64,000 nucleotides of DNA from an uncultured Verrucomicrobiae bacterium (GCA_963834385.1 CAWIBO010000002.1:608001-672000); one strand, 5' to 3'. Shown: positions 29,101 to 44,587, counted from the stretch's first letter. The notes: a model not told the origin generated them from the letters alone. Numbers and translations: made by a program.

Positions 29101-30981
29101 CTAGTGGCCTCCGGCGGCGGCAGCGTAGGCGGCGCGATCGCTGTCGCGGATCGGCTCGCATCTGCATGGTGAAATCGCGTTTCCGGCCCGGCAGGCTGTA
29201 TTCGTAGGGACCGCGGTGCGCCACCGGCTCGACCGTGAAGTTGCCGTGGGGCGGCGGCGAGGGCGCGGCCCATTCCAGCGTGGTCGCCTCCCACGGATTG
29301 TCACCCACCTTTTTGCCGCGCCAGATGCTGTAGAAGAAGTTGATGATGAAAGGGAGCTGCGCCAGCGCGAGCGTCCAGGCCGCGATGGACATCGGCTTGT
29401 TCCATTCGAAACCGGTCAGACCCCAGACCTTCTCGCTGGCGAGTTCCCAGCCCTGCCCGCCGTCGTACCAGCGGCGGTGCATGCTCAGCATGCCCTGGAG
29501 GAACATCGGCAGGAAAATCAGGTTCATACAGATGAGCGAGGGCCAGAAATGGACCTTCCCCCAGAACTCGTTCATTATGTCGCCCGGTCACCTTCGGGAA
29601 CCAGTAATAGACACCGGCGAAAAGACCGAAGATGGTCCCGGGCGCGACGATGTAATGGAAGTGGGCGATGACGTAATAGGTGTCGTGCAGGTAAAGGTCG
29701 GCGGAATTGAAGGCGAGCGGGAGACCGGTGAGGCCGCCGATGCCGAACATGGGAAGAAAGGCGGTGGCAAAGAGCATCGGGGTGTTGAAACGGATGGAAC
29801 CGCCCCAGAGCGAAATGAAGAAGGCGCGTCAGGATGATGACCGACGGGATCGAAATGATCAGGGTGGTGGTCTGGAAGAAGGCGCTGACGACCGTGCCCA
29901 TGCCGGTGAGATACATGTGATGGGCCCAGACGATGAAGGAGAGAAAGCCGAGGACAAGGGCGGCGAAGACGAGTGACTTGTAACCCCAGAGCGGCTTGCG
30001 GGTGTTGTTGGCAATGACCTCGGCGACGATGCCCATGGCGGGGAGGATGAGCACGTAGACCTCCGGGTGGCCGAGGAACCAGAAGAGGTGCTGCCAGAGC
30101 AGCGGGCTGCCGCCGCCGCTGATGGCGGCGGGCGCGCCGTTGACGACCAGGCCGGTGGGCAGGAAGAAGCTGGTCCCGGCAGCGCGGTCCATCAGCTGCA
30201 TGACCGCGGCGGCTTCGAGGGGCGGGAAGGCGAGCAGGAGGAGAAAGGCGGTGACGAACTGCGCCCAGACGAAGAACGGGAGCCGCATCCAGGTCATGCC
30301 CTTGGCCCGGAGCTGGATGATGGTGGTGATGAAGTTGACCGAGCCGAGCAGCGACGAGGTGATGAGGAAAATCAAACCGATGAGCCAGAGCGTCTGGCCG
30401 TTCAGGAAGATGTAGTGCCCGGGACCGGTATCGGAAATCACGGCCAGCGGCGAGTAGGAAGTCCAGCCGCTCTTGGCCGCGCCGCCGGGAACGAAAAAGC
30501 TGAAGAGCATGATCACGCCGCCGACGGCAAAGACCCAGAAACTGGCGGCATTGATCTTCGGGAAGGTCATGTCGGGCGCGCCGATCTGGAGCGGGACCAC
30601 GAAATTGCCGAACGCGGCGAAGGCGAGCGGGACAATCCCGAGAAAGATCATGATGGTGCCGTGCATGGCCCCGAGGGAATTGTAGAAATCGGGCGTCATG
30701 ACCCCGTTGGGCATGCTCCCCTCCCACATCCAGTTCAGGAAAGGACCGATGACGGGGAGCGGCTGGCCGGGGTAAGCCAGCTGCCAGCGCATCAGCATCA
30801 TGAGACAGAAGCCGAAAAAGAGAAAAACGAGGCCCAGCAGGCCGTACTGGATGCCGATGACCTTGTGGTCGGTCGAGAAGATGTATTTCCGCCAAAAACC
30901 GAGCTCGTGATGGTCATGACCGTGGTCATGCGCGTGGGGATCGTGAGAGGGCGGCGGAGCGGCGTGGGTGGTGGCGTCCAT
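29101..30981 (-). CDS. ctaD: Cytochrome c oxidase subunit I, A1 family (apparent frameshifts near 29825, 29578, ~29150)
   Basis: STDHK, MHG, WFLGHPEVY, VWAHH, IAHFH, RR; all six metal His present. Confidence 0.95.
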
Positions 30982-31079
30982 TGCGAAAAAAGTTAGCGGT
31001 TCAATATCCGGAGGGAAGCAATCTTTGCAAAGTAGGAATTGGTGATTTCAGGGTGAAAATGATGCCTCCGGGAGCTTTT

Positions 31080-32132
31080 TTAACATGAGGCCGTCGGGTG
31101 TTCCCGGGTCTCCGCCGCGGCCGCGCCGGGCGTCCCCTTTTCCTCCTCCGGGCGCGTTTGTTCCGTGCGCAATTGCGCCTCGCGGAAGAGGCGGAGCGAA
31201 TGGGAACGGATGTTCTCCTCGAAAAGGTCGCGGTTGATGGCCTGGGCCGCGGCGGCCCCCTGCCCGGCCGCGATGATCATCTGGCAATTGGCGGGAGTGA
31301 CGCAGCCGGCGGCATACAAGCGGGGCACGGAGGTGCGCAGGCAGTGATCGACCTTGATCTGCCCCTCTTCATCGAGCCCGGCCCCCAGTTGCTCGGCCAG
31401 GCCGGTGTGAAAAATGTCGCCCCGCGTGGTGAAAAGATAGTCGGTCGCGACGCGATCGCCGTTGGCCAGGACGAGCGCGAGAATCCGGCGGCGCCGATGT
31501 TCCACGTCGGTGATCCGTTCCCGCTCCACCGGGATCTTGTATTCCTCGAGGAGCGCCCCATGCGCGTCGTCCCAGGAAGTGGTCTCGCCGTTGGTGGCGA
31601 CGATGACGCAGGAAGAGTAGAGGAGCATCCCGAGCGCGTAATCGACCGCCTCGTTGTTGGCGCCGCAGATCACGATCCGTTTCCCGCGGACGCGGTAGCC
31701 GTCGCAGTCCTTGCAAAAAAACATGCTGTGCCCGAGACACTCCTTCACGCCCGGAATTTCCGGCGGCAGATGAAAGATGCCGGTGGCGAGAAGAAGACGG
31801 CGGGCGCGATAAGTCCGGGACCCTCCCTGAAGAACGAACTCCTCCCCATCCTGCCGCGCCGATTTGATTTCGTCGTCGGCGAACTCGACCTCATGTTTCT
31901 TCGCCTGTTTTTTTCCCTGCCGGAGCAGTTCCTCGCCGGAGACGCCCTTCGAAAAGCCGAGGTAATTTTCCACCTCCGGTTCCCAGACCGCCATGGAACG
32001 CCCGGAATCGATCACCAGGGTATCGCGCTGGGCCCGGCCGAGATAAATGGCGGCGGAAAGGCCGGCGAGACCGCCTCCGACGACGATGACCTCGCGCTGC
32101 CGCGGATCGCCCAGGTCCTTGTGCTCAACCAT
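31080..32132 (-). CDS. Thioredoxin reductase-like FAD oxidoreductase
   Basis: VGGGLAG, LLLATG, FCKDCDG (CxxC), TSVPRLYAAG. Confidence 0.85.
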   Translation of the reverse strand: MVEHKDLGDPRQREVIVVGGGLAGLSAAIYLGRAQRDTLVIDSGRSMAVWEPEVENYLGFSKGVSGEELLRQGKKQAKKHEVEFADDEIKSARQDGEEFVLQGGSRTYRARRLLLATGIFHLPPEIPGVKECLGHSMFFCKDCDGYRVRGKRIVICGANNEAVDYALGMLLYSSCVIVATNGETTSWDDAHGALLEEYKIPVERERITDVEHRRRRILALVLANGDRVATDYLFTTRGDIFHTGLAEQLGAGLDEEGQIKVDHCLRTSVPRLYAAGCVTPANCQMIIAAGQGAAAAQAINRDLFEENIRSHSLRLFREAQLRTEQTRPEEEKGTPGAAAAETREHPTASC

Positions 32133-32186
32133 GCGAGAATACTACGGTCGTCCCCCGGTGCCGGGACGTGAGCAACTCGCCGGAGG

Positions 32187-32955
32187 TCACTGTCCGGGTG
32201 GAGGCGCGGCCCCGGGCGTGGGGGCGGCATCCCCGGCGGGGGCGGGGGGCGCTCCGCCGGGCAGCGCTGCGTCCTCGGGCACCGCCTTGAGCTCAGGTTC
32301 GGTGTAAGCTTCGGCGCGGCCGGCCAGTTCCTTGCGCAGGGCGGAGATGCCTTCCGCCGCCACGGGGCCGGCGTTGTTCCCCCATTCCGCGCGAATGTAG
32401 GTGAGAACGTCGGCGATCTTCTGGTCGTTCAACGTCTTTTCCCAGGGCTGCATGACCGCGCTGCCATATTGCTGCCCCTTTACCGTGAGCGGACCCTGCA
32501 GACCCTTGAGCAGGATCATGCCAAGACGCTTGGTGCTGCCGGTGACCCATTCCGACTGGCTCAGCGGAGGATAGATCCCGGCCTGCCCCCCGCCGTTGGC
32601 CTGGTGGCAGGTGGCGCAGTTCTGTGAGTAGATTTTTTTGCCGCGCTCCGCCGGGGTGAGTTCGACCACGGCGTCCGCACCGCCGCCACCGGTGGTGGCA
32701 CGGGCCTGGCGCGGGCGCACCGCCGAGCGGGTCGAGGCCGTCGCCGGAGAAATTGCCGGCGAACCGGCCGAGATAGGCGCCACCGAGAAAGACGGCGAGG
32801 CCGTAGACGGCGATGAGCCAGAGGGAGAGCGGCTCCAGGCCGACGCGCGGCTCCAGCTTTTCGCGCTGGATCGAGGCGTGGACCTCCTGAACGTCCTCGG
32901 TTTCGCCGTAATCCATGCCCTGGCGGGCCTGCCTGTCTGGATGCTGCTCGTTCAT
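32187..32955 (-). CDS. Membrane-anchored monoheme cytochrome c in the CcoP position (frameshift near 32717)
   Basis: N-terminal TM; CATCH, YPPL, MQPW, IADVLTYIR. Confidence 0.82.
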
Positions 32956-33884
32956 TTCGTCTGTTCGCCCGGCGGGGGCGGCGAAGGCGGGGTGACCGAT
33001 TTCACTTCCTTCAACGGATGCGTCTGGTTCAGGGCCATAATGTAGGCGACGAGACATTTGGCGTCATACGTCGGGATAATTTCCCAACCCGGTTCGGGCA
33101 TTTCCTGGCGGGCGAGGAAGAGGGCATCATGGGCGGGTCCGGCGCCGATCCGTTGTTTGCGATAAAGAAAACGGAAAGCCGGCATGGTGGAATCGCGGGT
33201 GATGCTGCGCGGCGAGTAGAGATGCCGGTGATGCCAGGGCTCGGTGTAGGGAAGGGGCGTGCCCTGGACGATCGGCGTGACCTTGCCCGGCGCGGCTGGG
33301 CGGGAGTGGGCGAGGGCTGAGCCTGGGCGGCGGCGGTCTGTGCGGGCGGACCGGAGGAGGTGGCGGAAGGAGGCATGGTTTCGGGCGCGGCGGGCGGCAC
33401 CACGGGCGGCGTGCTGCCGGGCAGGGCGCCGGCCACAGCGGGGACCGTTTCGCCGGGAACAGGCGCGCCGGAAGTGGTGCTGTAGGTGGCGGCCGGATCG
33501 GCTCCTTCCTCGTCCTGCGGAGGGGCGCGATGGCCGACGTTGGCGAGGTCGGGCCCGGTCCGAAGTTTACCGAGGAGAGCGGGCCGCTCGAAGATGTAAT
33601 CGCGGGGAGCGCTCCGACGCGTGCCCCATTTGCGGGCTGATATCCGAACCGGCGTAGTCGGCCCGAACCTGCTGGGTATGGCAGTAGACGCAGCCGTTGG
33701 CCACGTAGATTTCGCGGCCGCGCTCCGCCATGCCGGAGAGCGGCATGGGATAAGTGTCGGTGCCATCCTCCTCCATTTGCGGCTCGAGCTGCCCGATCTG
33801 GAGCGTCGGGACGAGAGCGAGGCCGAGCCAGGAAAAGGCAAAGGTGCCGAGGATGCCGAGGAAAAGTCCGGTCCAGCCCTTCAT
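32952..33884 (-). CDS. ccoO: CcoO/FixO-like cytochrome c with a Pro/Ala-rich insertion (frameshifts near 33637 and 33285)
   Basis: GREIYVANGCVYCHTQQVR, RTGPDLANVG, WHHRHLYSPR..STMP. Confidence 0.85.
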
Positions 33885-35372
33885 AGTTTTGCCTCCGCGA
33901 GTTCTTCCTCCACCGGGTTCAGGAAAGTCGGGACGCTGGCCGGTGCGGCCGAGGCCGAAGAGCATCAGGCCGAAATGATAGGCGAAGACGAAGTGGGAGA
34001 CCGCGAGGAGAAGCCCGGCCAGGCTGCGGCCGCGCAGGTAAGGCAGGACCGACTGGGTGCTTTCGATGAAGGAAAGCCCCGGATTATTGAGGGCGATGCC
34101 CTGCATGAGGCCACCCACGAGCAGCATGGTCACCATGAGACCGATGCCGTAGGCGGACGACCAGAAATGGAGCTTGATCATGGCGGCATAACGCCATTCC
34201 CGGCCGACCAGGCGCGGGACGATGTAATACATCGAGCCGAACATGATCATGGTGAAGAAGGCATACAGACCCATGTGCGAGTAGGCGACGCTGGCCTGCG
34301 TGAAATGGACATAGGCGGCGGCGGAACGAAGCGAGATCAGGATGCCGACCACGCTGAAAGCGGTGTAGGCGATCGCGCCAAAGACGGTAAAGCGCAGCGT
34401 GGGACTGTAGCGCATGAGCGGAAAATGGCCGCGCATGGTCATGTGATGATTCAGGCCGACGGTGGCCACGGGGATAATGGAGAGGATCATGGCCGCGATG
34501 CTGGCGGTGACCATCCAGGCCGGGAACGGCCCGTCGACCAGCCGCTGCATGCCGGTCCAGCTGGCAAAGAGGGCGTAAGTCCAGAAACCGATGGCGGCCA
34601 AATGATAGCTGTAGATGGGACGCCCGATCACCTTGGGGATCATGTAATAGGCGGTGCCCAGACCGATGGCGCCAAACCAGAGGAACATGAGGTTGTTGCC
34701 ATACCACCAGTTCACGGCCGCCTGCATGACGCCCTGGACTGGGGTGACGAAGAGCATGACCTGAGCGGCGCCGTAAAGCCACGGGAACCAGAGGAAGGCA
34801 GCCAGCAGGTACCATTGCGTCACATAAATGTGGCTGGAGCGGCGGAAGCGGAACATCAGGACCGCCCAGGTCACGATCATGGTGTAGGCGACAAAAAGGA
34901 TGATGGCGGAATAACCGGGGAACTCGAGCCATTGATAGCCGGTGCTCGCGCCGGCGAGGATGGCGATCACCCCGATGACGACGCCGAGATTCCAGAAGGC
35001 ACCGCCGGCGACCAGGAGAAGCGGATGGCGCAGGGTGGTACGGCAAAGGCGGGCCATGAGCCAGATGGCGGTGCCCATGCCGGCCATGGAGGCCCAGCCG
35101 TACATCATGGCGTTGGTGTGGGCGGGCCGGAGACGGCCCCAGGTGAGCGGACCGAACTGGGCCAGCAGATCCGGCATGGTCGATTTCACAGCCACGAGGA
35201 GCGCCAGCAAAGTCCCGAGAAGCAGCCAGATCACGGCCGAGCTGTAGAACATCAGGACCGGCAGGCGGGTGGAGGCGTCGATCAAGGCGCGTTCCACCGC
35301 CTCGACATCGCGGCTGCTCACCTTCTCGCTGATCGAGAGATCCTGATCGTTGCTGGGTTCCGTCGGCATCAT
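33881..35372 (-). CDS. CcoN (cbb3 subunit I) homolog lacking binuclear-centre ligands (frameshift near 33940)
   Basis: GRLRPAHTN, IYVTQWY, YYMIPK..RPIYS and LHFW are CcoN-like; WWYGNN, WTGMQR and AYSH replace the His ligands. Confidence 0.88.
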
Positions 35373-35377
35373 GTTGG

Positions 35378-36148
35378 TTACGGCGTGGCTCCTTGCACAG
35401 GAATGGGTGTTCCGGCGGTGGTGGCCGTCGGCTTGGGCAGCGGGACCTGACCCGGGTTCGGTTCCGCGGTGCCGCGCAGCGGAGTCGCGGCGGGAGTGGC
35501 GTTCGGCCCAGGCTGTGTTCCCGGGGGCGCGGAAGGCGGGTTGGCGGCGCCGGCCGGCTGGGCCCGGCCCATCGAGTCGGGTCCTTTTTGCGAGTCAGGC
35601 GCCGGCGTCGGGCTGGCGGCCCCCGCGGGTGCGACCGGTGTTGCGGGAGATTGGCCTGCGGCCGGTGCGGCCGGGGACGGGGTGGCTCCCGCACCGGGGG
35701 CGGGTGAAGTGCCGGCCGCTGGAGCGGTCGTGGCAGCCGGCGCGGCTCCCGCGGCGGACGCCGGGACGGCGGTGGCATCGGCGGACGGGGAAACGGCGGG
35801 TGCCGGAGCGGGCGCCGGCAGGGCAATGGGACCGGCCGCCTTGGGCGACTGGCCCGCCAGCTCGGCGGCAGAGAGTTCCATGGCCCGCTCGATCGGGATG
35901 CGGACGACGCCCTTTTCCTGATCGACCCAGGCATATTCGGCCAGAGTGGGATCGATCTCAGCGTGCAATTGTTTCAGTTTCTCGAGCCGCGCCTCGGCCC
36001 GCTTCCCTTCGTAGCGATCGCCGCGCGGAATGGCGGCGAGCAGGACAAGGACAAAGAGACCGAAGATGCTGAAGAGCAGCACCATCCCGAGCCAGGTCTT
36101 GAAGAACGGCTGGGGCTGGTTAAGCGGCGTGGTTTTTTCCAGGTCCAT
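35378..36148 (-). CDS. ACIII accessory membrane subunit (ActG-like) with a Pro/Ala-rich tail
   Basis: Single TM; YAWVDQEKGVVRIPIERAM; directly after actF. Confidence 0.6.
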   Translation of the reverse strand: MDLEKTTPLNQPQPFFKTWLGMVLLFSIFGLFVLVLLAAIPRGDRYEGKRAEARLEKLKQLHAEIDPTLAEYAWVDQEKGVVRIPIERAMELSAAELAGQSPKAAGPIALPAPAPAPAVSPSADATAVPASAAGAAPAATTAPAAGTSPAPGAGATPSPAAPAAGQSPATPVAPAGAASPTPAPDSQKGPDSMGRAQPAGAANPPSAPPGTQPGPNATPAATPLRGTAEPNPGQVPLPKPTATTAGTPIPVQGATP

Positions 36149-36154
36149 GGTCCG

Positions 36155-37358
36155 CTAGTTCTGCATGTTGAGCGACTCGATCAGGCGCGGATCGCGCACG
36201 GGAAAGAGCGAGGTGCGCGGGAGGATGCGCAGGAAAAAGAAGGCCAGCGTGCCGCCAATGCCGAGGATGGGCAGGAGATCGAGAATGCTGGGATGAAAAC
36301 CGGTCCGGTGCAGCTCGGGCAGGATGATGATGTAGATGTCGAGCAGCTGCATGAAAAGGATCCAGCCGGCCATGACCGAGAGCCGGGTGGGCTGCTTTTT
36401 GATCGAGCGCAGGAGGAGGATGCCGAAGGGAACAAAGAACCGCCCGATGACGAGCAGGGTGCTGAGGATCCACCAACTCTCGATGTTGCGCAGGATGAAG
36501 TACTCCGTCTCCTCCGGGATGTTGGCGTACCAGATGAGCATGTACTGGCTGAAGCCGATGTAGGCCCAGAAAACGGAGAAGGCGAGCATCCACTTCCCCA
36601 TGGTGTGGTAATGCTCGAGGTTCACGATCCCCTCGAGGTAACCGGCCTTGCGCAGCGCCGTGATGATGAGCACGAGGAGGGACATCGAGCTGCCGGCGGC
36701 GCCGGCGAAGATGTAGACGCCCCACATGGTGGAGAACCATTTGTAGTTCAGGCCGCTCAGCCAATCGATCGCGGCAAAGCTGAGCGACAGCCCGAAGAGC
36801 GGGAGCGAAATAAAGGCCAGCCTCCGCATGGTGAGAGTGAAGGCGGGGTTGCCGTCCCGGTCCTGCCGGACGGAGTAACGGCGGAAAAGCCAGCCCGCGA
36901 GGCAGAAGAAGGCGAAATAGAAGATGGCGCGCGCCGAGGAAGAATCCCCAGTTCAGATAAAGCCGTTTGCTGTCGAGGAGGGTGTCGGCCCCGGGCGGGA
37001 TGGTCATCCAGCCCCAGATTTGCTCGCGAAAGATGAGGAGCGGAACGAAGAAGAGGGCGAGAAGCGGGAAGAGGGAGACGATGTTCTCGAGCTGGCGCCG
37101 CACGACCACCGACCAGTTCGCGTCGACCGCGTGGTGGACCACGATCCAGAAAAAGCAGCCGCAGAGGATGGTAAAGAAATAGGTGAACCCGAAGAGCCAG
37201 GAATAGCCAAACTGGACCGGGGCCAGGACCGCGCCGATGAGGCTGCCGACCACGCCGACCACGGCGAGCGCGCCCATGAGAGCTTTCAAGCCGGAGAAGC
37301 GGCCCGCCTCGAAATGTTCGCCCTCGGGCCTGGGCAAGGCGTGTGTTCGTTCGCTCAT
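36155..37358 (-). CDS. actF: Alternative complex III subunit F (frameshift near 36930)
   Basis: WSVVVRRQLE, WFSTMWG, FSQYMLIWYANIPEET. Confidence 0.88.
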
Positions 37359-38043
37359 TTCTTTTCCAGCTCCGCGCGTTTCTCCTCCGGCACATCGCCA
37401 AGAGTCGCATTCTGGCTGCGCTGCAGCGCCCGCAGATAGGCGATGATGGCCCAGCGGTCGTGCACCAGGACATTTCCGCCGTAGGCCAGCATGGTGCCCT
37501 TCCCGTGGGTGATGGTGTTGAAAATCTCCCCGTCGGACATGTTGCGGATGCGCTGGTCCTGCAAGGTGACAATGGTGGCGAGGCCGTATTGCTTGGCGAT
37601 GCCATTGCCGGCGCCATTGGCTCCGTGGCAGACCGCGCAGTTGATCATGAAACGTTCGCGGCCGCGCTCCATCAGTTCCGGCGTCACCGCCACCGGGAGG
37701 CCCGTGCCCCAGTTCTCGCCCATCTTCCCGGTGTCGTAATAATCCGGGTTGCTGCTGAAATGCAGGGCCGGCAACGGCTGCCAGGGCCGCCTGGTCCTCG
37801 CCAGGCGAAGACTGCGGACGCGGCATGTCGTATCCGATCGGGACGGTGCCCGGGACCGGCGGCCCGGCTGCCGCGACCGTCGGGGAAAAAGGAGAGGGGC
37901 GCCTGCGGCCGCACTTTCGGCTGCCGGTCCATGTCCGGGAAAATCTCGATGGGCGGCTCGGTGCTCTTTTGCCCGCGAAAGCCGAGGGCGGCGACAAGAG
38001 CGACGCCGATCAGGAGAAGGATGAGGAAAAAGCCGCGGAGCAT
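37355..38043 (-). CDS. actE: Alternative complex III monoheme cytochrome c subunit E (frameshifts ~37780-37870)
   Basis: FPDMDRQPK, GTVP, RGRERFMINCAVCHG, DRWAIIAY. Confidence 0.85.
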
Positions 38044-38044
38044 A

Positions 38045-38599
38045 TCAGTCTTCGTGAATCAGGGTGACGTGTTGCCCGCCGGTCTGCTCGAGGAGCCGCC
38101 GGGTCTCGGCCTCGGTGAAGCGGGGGTCGCGCGCCTCGATGACGAGGAAAAAGCCGTCGTTGGTGGCGCGCTCAAAGCGTTTCCAGTTAAAGACTGGATG
38201 GTACCACCGGGGCAAACCGTTCATGATGAGCATGGCGAAAAAGGCGGAGAAAGCCGCCAGGAGCACGGTGAGCTCGAACATGATCGGGAAAAAAGCCGGC
38301 ACGGTGAAGAAGTCACGCGGTTTGCCGTGCACGATGAGCGGATAGATGAACGAGGAAGGTCCAAAGGTCAGCGTGGCCGCGGTGAGAAACCCGGTGACAC
38401 CGCCGGCCAGCACCGCGGCGCTGAGCCACGATTTTCCGAGGCCCATGGCGTCGTCCATGCCGTGGATGGGAAAGGGCGAGTGCACGTCCCAGCGCTTGAA
38501 CCCGGCGTCGCGCACCTGCTTGGCCGCCTCGTAGAGGGCGCTTGGGCTCGCGTATTCCGCGCCCATCCCATAAACCTTGTTGCCGCGCGGCGTCCTCAT
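38045..38599 (-). CDS. actD: Alternative complex III subunit D (DUF3341)
   Basis: [27 protein letters not shown]. Confidence 0.9.
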   Translation of the reverse strand: MRTPRGNKVYGMGAEYASPSALYEAAKQVRDAGFKRWDVHSPFPIHGMDDAMGLGKSWLSAAVLAGGVTGFLTAATLTFGPSSFIYPLIVHGKPRDFFTVPAFFPIMFELTVLLAAFSAFFAMLIMNGLPRWYHPVFNWKRFERATNDGFFLVIEARDPRFTEAETRRLLEQTGGQHVTLIHED

Positions 38600-40068
38600 G
38601 AGGTGCGCTCCTTTCCGCCGGCCTGGACCACATGATGCTGGAGCGGGGAGACGTGGTGGGGATCAGCCTCCGGCAGGACAATTTTCACCTCCGACATCGC
38701 GATCATCGGGAGGTAGCGAATGAAAAGGAGGAAGAGCGAAAGGAAGATGCCGAAGGTGCCGGCAAACGTCCAGATATCGACCCAGGTGGGATAAAACATG
38801 GCCCAGGAGCTGGGAAGAAAGTCGCGGTGCAGGCCGCCCACGATGATGATGAAACGCTCGAACCACATGCCGGCGTTCACGCACATGCAGACGAAGTAGA
38901 CCACGTAGATGTTGGCCCGGAATTTCTTGAACCAGAAAAGCTGGGGCGCGAGGGCGTTGCAGAAAAGCATGCCGACCCACCAGTACCACCAGTAGGGCCC
39001 GAGGATGCGGTTCACGAAAGCGTAACGCTCATATTGGTTGCCGCTGTACCAGGCGACAAAGAACTCCATGGCGTAGGCGTAGCTGACGATCGAGCCGGTG
39101 AGCAGGATGATCTTCGCCATCTTGTCGATGTGCTGGATGGTGATGACGTCGTGCAGCTTGTAGATCGCGCGGGCCGGGATCATCAGCGTGAGCACCATGG
39201 CGAAGCCGCCGAAAATGGCGCCGGCGACGAAATAGGGCGGGAAGATGGTGGTGTGCCAGGTGGGCAGGACCGAGGTGGCGAAGTCGAAGGAAACGACGCT
39301 GTGCACGGAGAGCACGAGCGGCGTGGAAAGACCGGCCAGGAGCAGGTAGGCCATCTCGTAATGCCGCCAGTTGCGGTTGGACCCGCGCCAGCCGAGCGCG
39401 AAGACGCCATAGAGCATCTTCTTGATCTTCGAGGTCGCCCGGTCGCGCAGGGTGCCGAGGTCGGGGATCAGGCCGGTGTACCAGAAGAGGACCGAGACGG
39501 TGAAATAGGTCGAGACGGCGAAAACGTCCCAGAGAAGCGGGCTGCGGAAGTTCGGCCAGATGGCGTTGGCGTTCGGCACCGGGGCAAGGAACCAGGCCAT
39601 CCAGACACGGCCGACGTGGACGCCGGGGAAAATGGCGGCGCAAATGACGGCGAAGAGCGTCATGGCCTCGGCGGCGCGGTTGATGGAGGTGCGCCATTTC
39701 TGGCGGAGGAGGAAGAGAATGGCGGAGATCAGGGTGCCGGCGTGACCGATACCGATCCAGAAAACGAAGTTGGTGATGTCCCAGGCCCAGCCGACGGGAT
39801 GGTTCAGGCCCCAGGTGCCGACCCCGGTGGAGATCTGGTAGCCGAGACAGAAGAGGCCGATGGCGGCGAGGAGCGAGGTGCAGGCAAAGGCGACCCACCA
39901 CCAGCGGGGCGCGGCTTCCTCCACCACCCCGGAAATGCGCTGGGTAATCCAGTTGAAGTTCCGGTTGTTCAGGACCAGCGGCACGTGGGCGAGCGGCTGC
40001 TCGACGGACGATGAGGCCTCCGCCCTGATCACTTCCGGCGCTGTGATTCCTTCGTTCGCGTTTGCCAT
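38596..40068 (-). CDS. actC: Alternative complex III NrfD-family subunit C
   Basis: [42 protein letters not shown]. Confidence 0.93.
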   Translation of the reverse strand: MANANEGITAPEVIRAEASSSVEQPLAHVPLVLNNRNFNWITQRISGVVEEAAPRWWWVAFACTSLLAAIGLFCLGYQISTGVGTWGLNHPVGWAWDITNFVFWIGIGHAGTLISAILFLLRQKWRTSINRAAEAMTLFAVICAAIFPGVHVGRVWMAWFLAPVPNANAIWPNFRSPLLWDVFAVSTYFTVSVLFWYTGLIPDLGTLRDRATSKIKKMLYGVFALGWRGSNRNWRHYEMAYLLLAGLSTPLVLSVHSVVSFDFATSVLPTWHTTIFPPYFVAGAIFGGFAMVLTLMIPARAIYKLHDVITIQHIDKMAKIILLTGSIVSYAYAMEFFVAWYSGNQYERYAFVNRILGPYWWYWWVGMLFCNALAPQLFWFKKFRANIYVVYFVCMCVNAGMWFERFIIIVGGLHRDFLPSSWAMFYPTWVDIWTFAGTFGIFLSLFLLFIRYLPMIAMSEVKIVLPEADPHHVSPLQHHVVQAGGKERTS

Positions 40069-40073
40069 GGCCG

Positions 40074-43535
<3,462 letters not shown>

Positions 43536-43540
43536 GTCGT

Positions 43541-44266
43541 TTAGCGGTGGCAGCCCTGGCAGTTCAGGGGCGGCTGCACGTTCCACTTCTCCTTTAAGAC
43601 CTGGCCAATCTCCCGCTGGGTCAGTTTTTCCTTCTTCGACCAATCCTCGGTCACGCCGCTGGGCTGACCGTACTCGGCCACGAACTCGGCCGGTTTCACG
43701 TCCGACGGTTTCCAATCGAGATTATAAACCTGGTCCATCGGACGGAGATGGTCCTCCGGTTTGCGGTGACACTCGAGACACCAGCCCATGCTGTGCGGCT
43801 TGTCGTGCCGGACCACTTCCATGTGGTTGACCTGCCCGTGACAGCTGGCGCAGCTGATCCCGCGGTTCACATGCGCGGCGTGGTTGTAATAGACGTAATC
43901 AGGCGAACGATGGATCCAGACCCAGGAGATCGGCTCGCCCGTCTTCCAGCTTTCACGCAGCGGCTCCAGCTTCGGATTCTCCTTCTGCACCTGAGTATGG
44001 CAGGCCATGCAGGTCTGGGTCGTGGGCAGGTTCGAATGCGCGGCCACGTCGACAAAACTATGGCAGTAGCGGCAGTCCATCCCCAGCTGGGTCACATGCA
44101 GGTCATGCGGGAACGGCACCGGCTGGATCGGCTCGTAACCGACCCGGGTATATTTCGGGGTCACGTAATACCACGTCGCCCCGGTCAGGGCGGTCACGAG
44201 CACGACCGCGCAGACGAGCAGCTTGAGCGGCAGCCAATTCGTCCAGCGCGGAAAAAAGTTCGCCAT
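43541..44266 (-). CDS. actA: Alternative complex III pentaheme cytochrome c subunit A
   Basis: Five CxxCH motifs (CRYCH, CMACH, CASCH, CLECH, CQGCH); QPVPFPH. Confidence 0.92.
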   Translation of the reverse strand: MANFFPRWTNWLPLKLLVCAVVLVTALTGATWYYVTPKYTRVGYEPIQPVPFPHDLHVTQLGMDCRYCHSFVDVAAHSNLPTTQTCMACHTQVQKENPKLEPLRESWKTGEPISWVWIHRSPDYVYYNHAAHVNRGISCASCHGQVNHMEVVRHDKPHSMGWCLECHRKPEDHLRPMDQVYNLDWKPSDVKPAEFVAEYGQPSGVTEDWSKKEKLTQREIGQVLKEKWNVQPPLNCQGCHR

Positions 44267-44587
44267 AAACGGGTCAGCGACCGCGGGTTTCCAAAACCGG
44301 CGAGCACCAACCTATAAACGTAGTCGAGATGGCGAAAGGACGTGAGGTGTTCAGAACAAAAACCGGTTAAAGCGTTGTTTTTCTCAGGGAAAGCAACGCG
44401 TTGACTCTATGAATGGGAATCACCTTGGCAAAAGAAAAAAGATTTTTGCGCAAAATCGCCGGTCGTTCGTACGGTTTTCCCTGAGAAAATTGCGGCGGGC
44501 CGGGACGAGAGCCCGTTTTTGCGCGCCTGCGGTCCTGCTGGAATTCCGCGTCGTTTTTTCGGTTGCGGCCAGTGTTAGAGTGCCGGC

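Noticed and set aside
33029..35372. Apparent CcoN-CcoO fusion in the ORF track (33567-35372)
   Set aside because: Caused by a +1 insertion near 33940; the corrected frame stops at 33881 with an ATGA overlap into ccoO.
35400..35830. GC-rich quasi-repeats resembling a DNA repeat array or CRISPR
   Set aside because: They encode Pro/Ala low-complexity protein; no fixed-length direct repeats with spacers and no cas genes.
44400..44422. FNR-like box upstream of actA
   Set aside because: A TTGAC half-site is present, but no correctly spaced ATCAA partner.
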